Part shown: piece after piece, positions 17,901 to 26,747 of the stretch | Layout of the letters: each line of letters opens with the position of its first letter | Position numbering within the stretch: the stretch's first letter is position 1 | IMG/VR virus record: IMGVR_UViG_3300033067_000977 | Coordinates: 1-48,565 of that record | Reading direction: 5' to 3' (one strand) | DNA length: 48,565 nt | Origin: a virus | Lineage: Duplodnaviria > Caudoviricetes | Position numbers and translations under genes: made by a program | The notes under the pieces: model-generated | The model's input: the letters and a program-made list of their open reading frames with translations, nothing else | Databases searched by the model: none | What the model was told of the DNA's origin: nothing

Positions 17901-18843
17901 TCGCCCCGACCTCAAACCCCGATCGCTGGAGCATCGACTCCCAGAGCGAGGCCGGCCGGAACTGGGCCCCGTCCAGATGCTTATCAATCCAGGCCGTCCC
18001 CATGAACGGTTCATCGCTCATCGGGAGCCCGAGGCCCTTCATCCCTTCATTGAACAGGTCGACGACGCTGCCGATCCCATGGTTGAACCCGGTCGCCGCG
18101 AGCCCAAGCTCACGCATCCCCGGCGTCATGTTCTGCTGCGCCTCGGGAGGCGTCACCTTCTGGTTCTGTGGCAACACCGGTTCCAAGCCCTTGAGCTGCC
18201 GCGCCCGATTGAAGAGCGCGGTTTGCCGTTCGTCGGCCTTCCCAGACCGGACGAATTCCTCCATCCGCTGCATGATCTGGGCTTGCCGATCGGCTTGATC
18301 AACGGGCTTCGGAGGGTCTTTCTGGACATAACTCACCGGCAATGTGGACCCGCTGTTTTCACCGTCCACGGGCTGAGACCGATAGTTCTGCTTGTCCTCG
18401 GGAGGGACCTTCTTGTTCTTGTTCTGCTGGTTCGAGAGGTAGACGTCCTGCCCGCCGGCTTCTGTTGCGAATTGCGTCACGTTAGCCACATACTTTCTGG
18501 TTTCGTCGGGGAGCGGACGCCCCCGTTCGACGTTGCCCATGCCGAAATTGTAGGCCGCGAGCGCCTTCTCGTGATCGCCGTCGTATCGCTTGAGCAACTG
18601 CCCGAGATACTTGGTCCCGCCGTCGATATTTTGTGCGGGGTCGAATTCGTCCTGGACGCCCATGTCGGCGGCGGTTGACGGGAGCAACTGCATGAGGCCA
18701 CGCGCCCCCTTGTTCGACACCGCCATCGGGTCGCCGCCGGACTCCTGCTTGATCACCCCACGGACGAGTGCTTCCGGCACGCCATGCCGCGCCGAGGCTG
18801 CGCTGATCAGCTGGTCGAAATTGAGGGACGCTTTCCCTGGCAT
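14959..18843 (-). CDS. Large ejection (internal virion) protein with N-terminal lytic transglycosylase domain
   Basis: QESGG, GARGLMQL, ALAAYNFG and ETRKYV SLT motifs, followed by a long helical region. Confidence 0.88.
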   Translation of the reverse strand: MPGKASLNFDQLISAASARHGVPEALVRGVIKQESGGDPMAVSNKGARGLMQLLPSTAADMGVQDEFDPAQNIDGGTKYLGQLLKRYDGDHEKALAAYNFGMGNVERGRPLPDETRKYVANVTQFATEAGGQDVYLSNQQNKNKKVPPEDKQNYRSQPVDGENSGSTLPVSYVQKDPPKPVDQADRQAQIMQRMEEFVRSGKADERQTALFNRARQLKGLEPVLPQNQKVTPPEAQQNMTPGMRELGLAATGFNHGIGSVVDLFNEGMKGLGLPMSDEPFMGTAWIDKHLDGAQFRPASLWESMLQRSGFEVGANVPLLAGAEVIRGATTAGQAAVSMGKRALAAGEAGANPGSLYEAVRNIPQAIVEQLHAVGPAKLAAIETALAAGAGAGADLASKVFPEGGRLAEFAGEVIGSFAPSTVMGMIRKAREAVHTGARVILGAETEAETKRRLGQTLELAAKPEDVQAGVTRAAELRQEISPGAGPDEGLRLSAGEAIPQGSVSDTQLAFEKSSPAARAKSRDRRTQNIDAVYKYFNETEPKGNTTNLVEALETQRRTLLEAGQADVARTQTRIDAIRGDISKRAAALLEDLERRMQKADATIDARLRALNPMLSNKQRGEVIRGAYLEEVGKFRERSAADYRELDQLGHAELPVTNTIQKLGDIQAQFPEQMQVIAKMNPRVATVLGDMGHDYELMMRAEKAMADLEIRDASGPGFRNLDDLGRPVDGLKRGTPQWYKDLTIKLTVKSKDHLDPRTGKPMDDVTRTSSSRDQIDAALKDLAAGKRPSGEVAEEVATRIRGDQEFLKTPYYEPVMEELLNTPSASLKDLRQVRSDLLTMARNARAGDNRVQSYVLHELTGAIDGDIDMLLPGASKFAKFYPDHGTLYRNISADYRAGIETLYKGTANKLRRVNRYGDYTQDDESVPGLFWKNETSINDFLKAFENQDMAKIALRDYALKDWTDKAIRRLPGGRLDVDAAASAEWLRQNQDKLKAFPDLQTHFTDVAAMQERADSLREQVSAYQQGKKGQELLMRRVEAERRPGDFTPRDIADAEADLKHVQDVAERNLHDWQGSKASLFLKQNAQDVGYLIATGKEPLKEYDKALALVKHDPDAVAGLNKAIWEGLVEKIQPKLTGLTGEMNLGVFHKELQRWIEGNGQIMERVLGPEGMARLRTTAEAVQKISKGGRDRSDTAINLQVQAALASTLVSRTWATLTGRVPMLYGGGERAANFLIKTFARMTAKQQEAILLESFFDPKVYQTLVNAGTYGPDNAMVRHQLRLHLYNLSELHEDQP

Positions 18844-20705
18844 TATTTGAGACTCTCAAGGAGTTCCTTCATCACTTCGGATTCGCTCATCTCGGCAATG
18901 CTCTTCTGGGCTGGTCTCGGCGCCTGAGCCGGCGCATCCTGCCCGCCTTGCGCGGGAGCGTCCCCGAGGTAGGAATTGAAGTTGCCCGCCTGCCCGTCAC
19001 GGATGTGCTGACGCGCCCGCCGCATACTGCGCGCGGCACTCTCCTTCAAGGTCCGGAGCTTGTTCCGCATCTGTTCAGAGCCGGTCGTCCATCCGCTCAA
19101 GTCCCCGATCACTTCCCGCGCGTGCTGAATGACTTTGACGTCCAACGCGCCGGACGGATCCATCGTCTTCGCCTGCAGGTAGACCAGCATCTCTTGAAAG
19201 GATTCCGCTTCATCACGGGTCTGCGTATTGAGGAACCGTGAGGCGCCAGGATCCGCCCCGACCAGGGCCCGAAACTGCTGCCCGAAGCCGGCGATCCCTT
19301 TGCTGAACGCCGCGCCTTTCCCGACGATGGACGGGTTCTTCTCGATCCGTTCCAGCATCTCATCGGCCAGGTCTAAGACACCCTGCCCGGCGTCGATCTG
19401 CTTCAGGTTCGCGCTGACCGTCTCCGACGGCATCTTGATCGAGATTTCCGACCGGCCCTTCTTACTCGGGTTGACGATCTTCGTCGCGTCGAACGGCACG
19501 CCGGGGTACTGCTTCCGCACGTCTTTGATCGCCGCCCCGAGCGCCTGATTATCATCTTTGCCGTCGTTCAGATGGTTGATGAACGATTCCTCGAGAAGCG
19601 ATTCCGCCAGGCCGGTCTGCTGTTTATTGTCCAGCTTGGTCTGCATGATTTGCGTCCGCTGGTCGGCAATGTCGGAGAGCTGCTTGCCCGTCCGGCCGTT
19701 CAACACCTGAACGTTCTGCTCTGCCGCCCGGAGGTTCTTCCAATTCTGCTTGTTGTACGGATCGGCGAGGAACGCCGCCTGCGCCTGCCGTGCGGCATAC
19801 ACCGACTCATACCCCGCCACTTCGTCGACCAGTTCCTTCGGGGCCTCACCGTCCCGGGCTTGCGCCTGCCGGATCGCGTCCCACTTGGCGTCGATCTCTT
19901 CCTTCAGCGCATCGGTAATCGCGGGCAGTGTGGCCAGCTCGGACTGCGTCTTCTTGTCCCACGCCTCCTTAAAGTCCGGGTGCATGTCGAGGTAAATGCC
20001 GCGCGCCTTCTCTTGGGTGAAGGACTGCATCTTCCGGAGATGTTCGGCAAAACGCGGGTCTGACTGCAGCGACGACGTCGCCCCGAGTGCGCTGACATGC
20101 TGCGTATAGAAATTCTGTTGGAGCGAGGTTTTTGCCGTCTTCTGATTCAAGGCCTGGAGCTGCGTCTTGTGCAGATCCATCTTGATCTGCAGTTCCTCCA
20201 TGTGGGTACTGAGGTCCCCGGCCTTCTTCATGTCATCGAAGACTTTGGAGAAGTATTTCGGATTCGAGGCAAACGCATTCGTCGCCGCAACCATCCGCTC
20301 TTCCGGCGTGCCTTCCCGAATCGTCTTAATGAGCCGGTCCATCGACTCATAGCCGCCCATCAGCTCATCATCATCGGGCATCGGGATCTTGACCCCGAGC
20401 CCTTGCTCGAGCATCGTCGCTTTCGCTTTGAGCAGCTGAACCTGCTTCCCGCGGTTCGTGGCCACAGTCGGATGCTCCATGATCTTGTCGATCTCGTCGG
20501 AGCCTTTAATCGCCGCGGTCTGACGCATTTTCTCGGCGTCGAGTTTCTGCGCGTTCCGCTGGAGTTCCGCCGTCTCTTCGTAGTGAGCTTCTTGCGTCGC
20601 GAGCCGTTGCTCCTGCAGCTTTTGTGACTGTTCGGCCAGCGTCAGCCGACTAACCCCCATCGCGAGGTTCGCCACTTGCCCGAGATCCAGCATGCCTCCA
20701 GCCAT
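18843..20705 (-). CDS. Ejection / internal virion protein
   Basis: Helical, Q/A-rich; lies between the gp7-like and SLT proteins; start re-called at MAGGMLDL. Confidence 0.7.
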   Translation of the reverse strand: MAGGMLDLGQVANLAMGVSRLTLAEQSQKLQEQRLATQEAHYEETAELQRNAQKLDAEKMRQTAAIKGSDEIDKIMEHPTVATNRGKQVQLLKAKATMLEQGLGVKIPMPDDDELMGGYESMDRLIKTIREGTPEERMVAATNAFASNPKYFSKVFDDMKKAGDLSTHMEELQIKMDLHKTQLQALNQKTAKTSLQQNFYTQHVSALGATSSLQSDPRFAEHLRKMQSFTQEKARGIYLDMHPDFKEAWDKKTQSELATLPAITDALKEEIDAKWDAIRQAQARDGEAPKELVDEVAGYESVYAARQAQAAFLADPYNKQNWKNLRAAEQNVQVLNGRTGKQLSDIADQRTQIMQTKLDNKQQTGLAESLLEESFINHLNDGKDDNQALGAAIKDVRKQYPGVPFDATKIVNPSKKGRSEISIKMPSETVSANLKQIDAGQGVLDLADEMLERIEKNPSIVGKGAAFSKGIAGFGQQFRALVGADPGASRFLNTQTRDEAESFQEMLVYLQAKTMDPSGALDVKVIQHAREVIGDLSGWTTGSEQMRNKLRTLKESAARSMRRARQHIRDGQAGNFNSYLGDAPAQGGQDAPAQAPRPAQKSIAEMSESEVMKELLESLK

Positions 20706-20713
20706 ACGTCTCC

Positions 20714-21520
20714 CTAGTACGGATTGCTCGCCCAGTTCACGGGCCCAGACATCCCAGCCATATTGAAGTTGTCCTGATACCACTGCTCGGATGAGGCCGT
20801 TTGGATGCTGCGTCCCAGCGCTTCCTGGACATCGCCCGCCTGCCTATCGCCGCCCGTCCCACCGCCGAGCTTCGCGAGAATCGGCTCGAGCATCTTGTAG
20901 TTCATGTATTGCATCGCCCCACCGCCTGCAGCTTGGAGCGCACCGTTGATCCCTTGCGCCATCGCGTTGTCCCCTTGAGCCAGGGTGCCGCCGCGCGCCA
21001 TCCCGCCTTGCAGTTCAATGTTTGCAATCGAGCTGCCAGCCTGGGCATCGAGCCCCGCGATCTGCGAGCCGGCCATGCGGCCCTGCTCTGAGAGCTGGAA
21101 GAGCCGGTTATACTGCTTGTCGCCTTCTTCCCCGATAAGCTGACTCTCGAACTTCTGCAGGCTCTCGAGACCAGCCCCAGAGCCGTACAGCCCACGCGCC
21201 TTGAGTTGCCGGTTGATCGCTTTCGTACCTTCCTGTTCCTGGAATTTATAGAGCGAGCTGGCCTTGAGCACCGTATCCGGATCGAGCTTGCCAGACAGGA
21301 GATCAGCGAGCGTCCCGCCGGCGGTGTCGCCGCGCTCTCGGAACGACCGCAATTCACCCGCCGCCTTGTCGTTGTACTTCTCGATGGCGCCGGTCGCCTT
21401 TTCCTGAGCGATACGAATCGCCTCGGCTTGCTTCTTCGCGGCCGACTTGCCCATGATCCCGCTGAAGATCGAGCCGCCGGCTTGAAGTGCAGTTCCCCCA
21501 GCTAGCATGAGTGCTGGCAT
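20714..21520 (-). CDS. DNA transfer/ejection protein (P22 gp7-like)
   Basis: G/A-rich N-terminus; YKFQ.QEG.KAINR...ARGLYGSGA...YNRL pattern. Confidence 0.78.
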   Translation of the reverse strand: MPALMLAGGTALQAGGSIFSGIMGKSAAKKQAEAIRIAQEKATGAIEKYNDKAAGELRSFRERGDTAGGTLADLLSGKLDPDTVLKASSLYKFQEQEGTKAINRQLKARGLYGSGAGLESLQKFESQLIGEEGDKQYNRLFQLSEQGRMAGSQIAGLDAQAGSSIANIELQGGMARGGTLAQGDNAMAQGINGALQAAGGGAMQYMNYKMLEPILAKLGGGTGGDRQAGDVQEALGRSIQTASSEQWYQDNFNMAGMSGPVNWASNPY

Positions 21521-21532
21521 CGTCGTTCCCCC

Positions 21533-21859
21533 TTACGCGAGATAAGACAAGTCGTTGTTCGGAATGCCTTCGACGACGGGCACATCGTCACGGACTTGAT
21601 GAATGCAATACGCGACCGTGTGGTCTTCGAGCGCTTCGAGGCGATGGAGCGCGCCGGCCTGGATCACGATAATCTGAGGCGCGGCATACTCGGCGACATC
21701 GTCCCCGACCGTCACGCGCAATCGGCCATTCGTCACAAGAGTTTGATGATCGAAGCTGTGCGCGTGGGTCTGGGCGATCATGCCAGCCTTCGGGAAGTGC
21801 ATCTGCTTGATCCAGATGCCGTCGACTTGGGAGAGGTTCACGTCAGCAAACTCGCTCAC
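21533..21859 (-). CDS. Cupin-domain protein
   Basis: HAHSFDHQTLVTNG...IQAGALHRLEALED...YCIH cupin motifs. Confidence 0.8.
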   Translation of the reverse strand: MSEFADVNLSQVDGIWIKQMHFPKAGMIAQTHAHSFDHQTLVTNGRLRVTVGDDVAEYAAPQIIVIQAGALHRLEALEDHTVAYCIHQVRDDVPVVEGIPNNDLSYLA

Positions 21860-22206
21860 GGCATAGCCCTCGCATGGTAGGTAGATTCAGGGAGGTCAAT
21901 CGGTGACCCGGTGCGATTATAGAGGAGTACTAGTACTAAGTCATCAGCACTGACTTTCCCCTGAAAAATAATTCCGTTATCCATCGACGACGGCACCCCG
22001 ACTTGCACCGTCATCCCCGCGTCGGCCTTCGCGCCAGGGACCGGCACCGAGACCGTGGCACTCGCTCCAGGGCCAATGACGCCAACGGTCTGCGTCACGT
22101 TGCCGACCAGTTCAAGGAGGTCTTCAACGGAATTGTCGAACGCTTCCCGCGCGCGAAAGTTGTCCTTCTCAGAGACAGTCGGCGGTTGTCGGACTTTGCG
22201 CGCCAT
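21856..22206 (-). CDS. Hypothetical virion protein
   Basis: Translationally coupled; beta-rich; lies just after the gp10-like gene. Confidence 0.6.
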   Translation of the reverse strand: MARKVRQPPTVSEKDNFRAREAFDNSVEDLLELVGNVTQTVGVIGPGASATVSVPVPGAKADAGMTVQVGVPSSMDNGIIFQGKVSADDLVLVLLYNRTGSPIDLPESTYHARAMP

Positions 22207-23646
22207 TTATTGCCCCAAATACTCGACGTCTTCCTGCCCGGACATGAGAATGCAGTCCGTCGGATCGCTATGCACAAATTCAAGCTGCTGTGTCTGATAG
22301 ATCCCATTCCGGCGCCAGTCGAGATGATTGACGTGATCGCCGGTCTTCCCGAGGCTCTTCCAGCGTTCGTTCGTCCACTTGCCGCCGTTGTTTACCCGCC
22401 GGCGCATCGAGAGTTGCGGATCCGCGCAGGCCTCGTTCGCGAGCCCGCGCTTCGCTTTCAGTCGAATCAGATTCGACCGCTTGGATCCCGAGGTCCCATG
22501 GCTGATATGGCCTGTCCGCAGGAGGCTCCGGATCGGATTCCCGTCATCGGTAAATGTGGACCGGCTGGCCTTGTAGATGATCCCGTTGCTGTAATCGCCG
22601 ACCAGGTGCGCGTTCCAGGCCCGGGCATAGGCGTACGTCTGTCCACGGAACCGGCCATAGCGCGCCCGCTCCGTATCCCAGTAGCCCCACTTGTGCCACA
22701 CCTTGGTTTTGTAGTTAAACGCGAGGGTCTGTCCAGCCGTGGGGAAATTCAGCAGGTAGATCGCATGGCCGTTGATCATCGTCGTATAGCCGACGGCGTC
22801 GTTCACAGAGACGAATTCTTGAATGATCTTATCGAACGGGCTGGAGACCGGCGTCACGGCCCGACCCTGCATCATGACCAGTTCCCGCTGGTGGGAGAGC
22901 CAGATCCAGATCCCGCCGACATTGGCCAAGCTATAGGGGGCTTCGGTCCCGAACGGTTGCGCCGAGCCGGTAATCCGAGAGAATGGCGACACGCCGTCAT
23001 TCTGGAAGAATTCGACCGACTCCCGCCCGACGGCGATCAGTTCCCGATAGGCTTCGTCGATCGCGACCACATCGTCCGGCTTCGCCTCCGCTGAGACGAA
23101 ATCCAGCGAGACCCAGCTCAAGAAGTCATCGAAGCTGCTGAATTGAATCTGCCCTGTGCCGGCGACGTTGGCCAGGAGATACCCGTCGATCGTCGCGACG
23201 TGGGTCACGTTCGTCGGCGCTTGCCCGTCCGCCATTGTGGTGAGCGACGTGAGTTCCGTATGCACCATGCGCCCGCCGTTCGCCATCACCAGCCGGTTCC
23301 CGTCCGTGGCAAACTTCACCAGCGACGACGACCGCAATTCACTGGACCCCATCAGCTCGACCCGCGTCCCGACACTGTCAAGGATCTTCCACACCCGCCC
23401 ACCGCTCACGGCGACGGCACAATTCTTCCGGTCCCACCAGAAGAGCCCGTCGATCGGGAGCCCGGTTCCGAGATTAATCCACGGCGTCAACCCAGGACGC
23501 TTGACTAGCTGGATCTTGCCTTCGACGACGACCGGCAGAAAGTCCATGATCGTCGACGCCCACTGGTCGACCTGGACGTCTTCGACGTTCTCGAACGGTT
23601 GTTCGATCAGCGGAAAATCTTTGAATTCACGCGAGTCAATGCCCAT
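22207..23646 (-). CDS. Tail hub / packaged DNA stabilization protein (P22 gp10-like)
   Basis: KRPGL, IDGY, SAEAKPD, GHAIYLLNFPT...TLAFN...WH and GGKWTNERW..LGKTG motifs. Confidence 0.88.
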   Translation of the reverse strand: MGIDSREFKDFPLIEQPFENVEDVQVDQWASTIMDFLPVVVEGKIQLVKRPGLTPWINLGTGLPIDGLFWWDRKNCAVAVSGGRVWKILDSVGTRVELMGSSELRSSSLVKFATDGNRLVMANGGRMVHTELTSLTTMADGQAPTNVTHVATIDGYLLANVAGTGQIQFSSFDDFLSWVSLDFVSAEAKPDDVVAIDEAYRELIAVGRESVEFFQNDGVSPFSRITGSAQPFGTEAPYSLANVGGIWIWLSHQRELVMMQGRAVTPVSSPFDKIIQEFVSVNDAVGYTTMINGHAIYLLNFPTAGQTLAFNYKTKVWHKWGYWDTERARYGRFRGQTYAYARAWNAHLVGDYSNGIIYKASRSTFTDDGNPIRSLLRTGHISHGTSGSKRSNLIRLKAKRGLANEACADPQLSMRRRVNNGGKWTNERWKSLGKTGDHVNHLDWRRNGIYQTQQLEFVHSDPTDCILMSGQEDVEYLGQ

Positions 23647-24512
23647 CAGAAGTAGGACACCTTGTTGTGGATCTGGTTCGTCTTCACCTTCACCGACGGA
23701 TGGATGTCATCGAACGCGCCTTTCGCCTTGTCGATCATCAGCTTCCGCTCGGCGAGCGGGATGCTGTAGAAGTCTCCCAGGTCGAACGCGAGCCGATACA
23801 GGAGTAGCCGTGGCCACGGGAGGGGAAAGTCGGGGTTATCGCCGGATGTCAGGAAGTCGATCAGTGGCCGCTTATGCAGGAGCCGGATCTGTGGCGGAGC
23901 GGTATACTCCACGCCCATCGCCCACGGATCGCCACCTTCTCCACCGGACTCCCAGTAAATCTTGGCATTGGCCCCACTCATCGGCTCGTTGTTGAGCTTC
24001 GAGGTATGCGTCCGCGTGCAGCGATAGGGCCCGTCGATCTGTGACTGCGCGACGACCGTTTCCAGCGTCGGCCACACGTAGAGCTCACGCCGAGAGAGGT
24101 CCAAGTGATCGGTCAGATAGACCGCCTTCGGAGTCCCATACTGCGTCTTCTCCCGGATCTCTTCCCACCGCTCCGCCTTGAGCGTTGCGAGCGGGGTATC
24201 GTTCCCCTCCCCGTCGCGGTAGGTCGCGCTCATCAGTTCGGTGATATTCGAGGGGAGGCCGTTGTCGATCGTGTAGAGAAAGACCCCGCTCAACAGCGGG
24301 ATATGGACGGCTTCGTCGATCGTCCAGCGCCACTTCTGGGAGGCGTCGACTTCCCGGACGATCATCGTCAGGACCGACACACCGTCGTTCAACTGCTCGC
24401 CGTCCAGGACTTGCCCCGGCTCGAGGACCCCGATCGCCTTGTAGGCCATCTCGATCAGCTTGTCGCGGGTGATGGTGAGGTAGGTACTCGCCGCGGGAAT
24501 TGCACCAGGCAT
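23646..24512 (-). CDS. Head-tail adaptor (P22 gp4-like slot)
   Basis: TRDKLIEMAYKAIGV N-terminus; GTP..VY...LYVWP; PDFP.PW...L.YRLA. Confidence 0.75.
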   Translation of the reverse strand: MPGAIPAASTYLTITRDKLIEMAYKAIGVLEPGQVLDGEQLNDGVSVLTMIVREVDASQKWRWTIDEAVHIPLLSGVFLYTIDNGLPSNITELMSATYRDGEGNDTPLATLKAERWEEIREKTQYGTPKAVYLTDHLDLSRRELYVWPTLETVVAQSQIDGPYRCTRTHTSKLNNEPMSGANAKIYWESGGEGGDPWAMGVEYTAPPQIRLLHKRPLIDFLTSGDNPDFPLPWPRLLLYRLAFDLGDFYSIPLAERKLMIDKAKGAFDDIHPSVKVKTNQIHNKVSYF

Positions 24513-24521
24513 GCCGCCTCC

Positions 24522-25478
24522 TTAGTTGCTCACATCCGCCGCCGAGCGGTTCACTTCCATCCAGGCGTTGCCGTCGAAATAGAACGTAATGGATCGGTTC
24601 TTCGTGTCCGCCGGCTGCGTCCAGGAGGCGCCCAAGTGATAAGCCGCATTCCAGGTCGCGGTGCCCAGTGCCCCGCCGGCCGTGTTCTTGATCGTGATCC
24701 GGATCTCTTGCCCATAGGCCGGATTCGTCGGCGCGGCGATCGTGAAGGGATTCGTATCGGAGGCCGTCAGAATGAACGTCTTCCCGGCCGCGGCATTGAT
24801 CGACACCGTCGACGTATAGGTCGGCGTCACGAGCCCGATATAGCCGTAGGGATTCGGCCCCGCGAGTGAACCGAACGCATAGGTGCCCGTGCCCTTCCAG
24901 ACTTGCCGCCCATGGAGGTTCCGCACCGGCCCGTTCACCGTCAGCGAGGCCGGCGAGTTCGTCGTAATGTCACCCTGCCCATCGAACGCGAGTGTCAGCG
25001 TCGTCGGCACGACTTTGATGGAGCCGCACGACATCGGCCTGGAGACAAGCAGCGTCGCCACTGTGGCCCCGATCTGATCAATCGCCCCGGTCCCTGTGGC
25101 GCAAATATCATCGGTCTGGTATTTCGCCGCGGAGAGCACATGCTCCCCAAGCGGATCGTAGATCGACAGATCGGTGATCGGAATGAACGTGTAGCCGACC
25201 TTCGACATATCAATGTCGTACTGTCCGTCAATCGCGTAGAAGATGAATTCGCCCGTGCTGCCAGACGTGATCGGATTGGCCGAGATCGTGGCACACAGCG
25301 AATCGGAATAGATCGTCGTCGCCGTGGAGATCCCCGACCGTTTCACCGTGACAGAGACCCCAGACAGGACGTTCCCGTTCCGGTCATGGACCACATCACG
25401 GTACTGCTGGCACGCCTCCGCCACACCGGAGAGCGTGAGGAGCAGCGCGACTAGTACTGGTGCTAGTTTCATGCTCAT
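24522..25478 (-). CDS. Tail-fibre-like protein with an N-terminal signal peptide
   Basis: MSMKLAPVLVALLLTLSGVAEA signal; anchor-like domain TIYSD....ANPI.....GEFIFY..DGQY; GAGGA RBS. Confidence 0.7.
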   Translation of the reverse strand: MSMKLAPVLVALLLTLSGVAEACQQYRDVVHDRNGNVLSGVSVTVKRSGISTATTIYSDSLCATISANPITSGSTGEFIFYAIDGQYDIDMSKVGYTFIPITDLSIYDPLGEHVLSAAKYQTDDICATGTGAIDQIGATVATLLVSRPMSCGSIKVVPTTLTLAFDGQGDITTNSPASLTVNGPVRNLHGRQVWKGTGTYAFGSLAGPNPYGYIGLVTPTYTSTVSINAAAGKTFILTASDTNPFTIAAPTNPAYGQEIRITIKNTAGGALGTATWNAAYHLGASWTQPADTKNRSITFYFDGNAWMEVNRSAADVSN

Positions 25479-25488
25479 GGCTATGTCC

Positions 25489-25953
25489 TCATTTCCGCAT
25501 TTTGTCAAGCAGCGCTTGCTTGCTCGCCGACCCTGAACTGGACCCAAAGTAATAGTTGATAATGCTGGTCCACGCGGTCCCCAGCGAGCCCACCATCACG
25601 TACAGGACTTCTTTCGTCCCCAGCGGCACTTCGACATACGCGAGAAGCGCCAGGACCCCGAAAAACCCGCCCGTCACGCTAAAGGCGATAATCTTGGGAG
25701 TCTTGTCCCCGGTCGAGGCTTCCCGCTGGCGAGCGTTCGCGCGATCGGCCGCGTTGATCTCCTCGAGCTTCATCATCGCTGCTTCGTCGCGCGCCGCGGC
25801 CTGATCTTGGAGACGGGCCTTCTCCATCTCCCACTGAGCGATTTGCTCCGGCGAGGCCTTCCACCGGTTGATGAGCATATCCACCGTCTCGGCGACACCC
25901 TTCACCGCTTCAGACGCCGTCGATCCAAATAATTTCCCCAACAATTCCAGCAT
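25489..25953 (-). CDS. Holin-like membrane protein (3TM-holin-like)
   Basis: N-terminal amphipathic helix, DRANARQRE, two TM helices, YYFGSS.GS motif. Confidence 0.72.
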   Translation of the reverse strand: MLELLGKLFGSTASEAVKGVAETVDMLINRWKASPEQIAQWEMEKARLQDQAAARDEAAMMKLEEINAADRANARQREASTGDKTPKIIAFSVTGGFFGVLALLAYVEVPLGTKEVLYVMVGSLGTAWTSIINYYFGSSSGSASKQALLDKMRK

Positions 25954-25961
25954 ACGTCCTC

Positions 25962-26345
25962 CTAGAAAATTCCCGGTTTGTGTGCGTGCCGTTTTATCGT
26001 CACATTCACGCTTTCGCTCGGGATGTCGAGCTTCTTCCCGAGGAATTGCTCCATCTTCCCGATCAACCGCGCGCCCATATGCCCGCTGATCCCAACCAGG
26101 ATCGCCGTCACAAACTCACTAAAGTTCGACTCTTGGCAGAGCCAGAACGTGAGCAGCCCGACAAACCCGGAGATAAACATATCGCCGATGAGTTCGGTGA
26201 AGTTAAACCGTCCCGCCCGGCCAGCCCGCACCTTGCTAATATAATTCGCAATCCCCCCACCCATAGCGAGAGCCATCACCAGCAGATAGGTGAAGATCCC
26301 AAAACTCGCGACGGACTTTTGTGTCTCAATGAGCGGATTATCCAT
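25962..26345 (-). CDS. Holin (LydA-like)
   Basis: Three to four TM helices; GGIANY...ISGFVG...GISGHMG. Confidence 0.78.
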   Translation of the reverse strand: MDNPLIETQKSVASFGIFTYLLVMALAMGGGIANYISKVRAGRAGRFNFTELIGDMFISGFVGLLTFWLCQESNFSEFVTAILVGISGHMGARLIGKMEQFLGKKLDIPSESVNVTIKRHAHKPGIF

Positions 26346-26351
26346 AACCGC

Positions 26352-26747
26352 TTATCCCCCTAATTCCAGATGTCCAGGATCCCAGCCGACTTGCTCCGCA
26401 TAGTCCGCAGGGTCCACCCCAAACCGCCCGCCCCATCGCCCACCGATCAGCTCCCAATGCTCCCCCATGGCGCGATAGTGCTCCCCCTGATTCGAGAGCC
26501 GTCCATCGACCCAGAGCAGAAGATCAATCGCGCATCGGTCATTGTGCGTACTCACCCGCACCTTGCTCCGCCCGTTCGCCTTCAGGAGTTCCTGGTACGT
26601 CACCCCTGTCGCACAATGGGGGCACAGCAGTTCATCCGTCGACCGCCAGGCATCGCCCAGCGTCCACAAGAGCCCTTGGCCCTTCATCCAGCCGAATTGC
26701 TCGGCCAGCATGTAACTGAAGAACTGTTGTCGTTGAACGAGTGTCAT
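26352..26747 (-). CDS. Endolysin, M15-family Zn peptidase
   Basis: SxH...AxD (STHNDRCAID), WGGRF and DPGH motifs; start re-called at MTLVQRQ (ATGA overlap). Confidence 0.85.
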   Translation of the reverse strand: MTLVQRQQFFSYMLAEQFGWMKGQGLLWTLGDAWRSTDELLCPHCATGVTYQELLKANGRSKVRVSTHNDRCAIDLLLWVDGRLSNQGEHYRAMGEHWELIGGRWGGRFGVDPADYAEQVGWDPGHLELGG

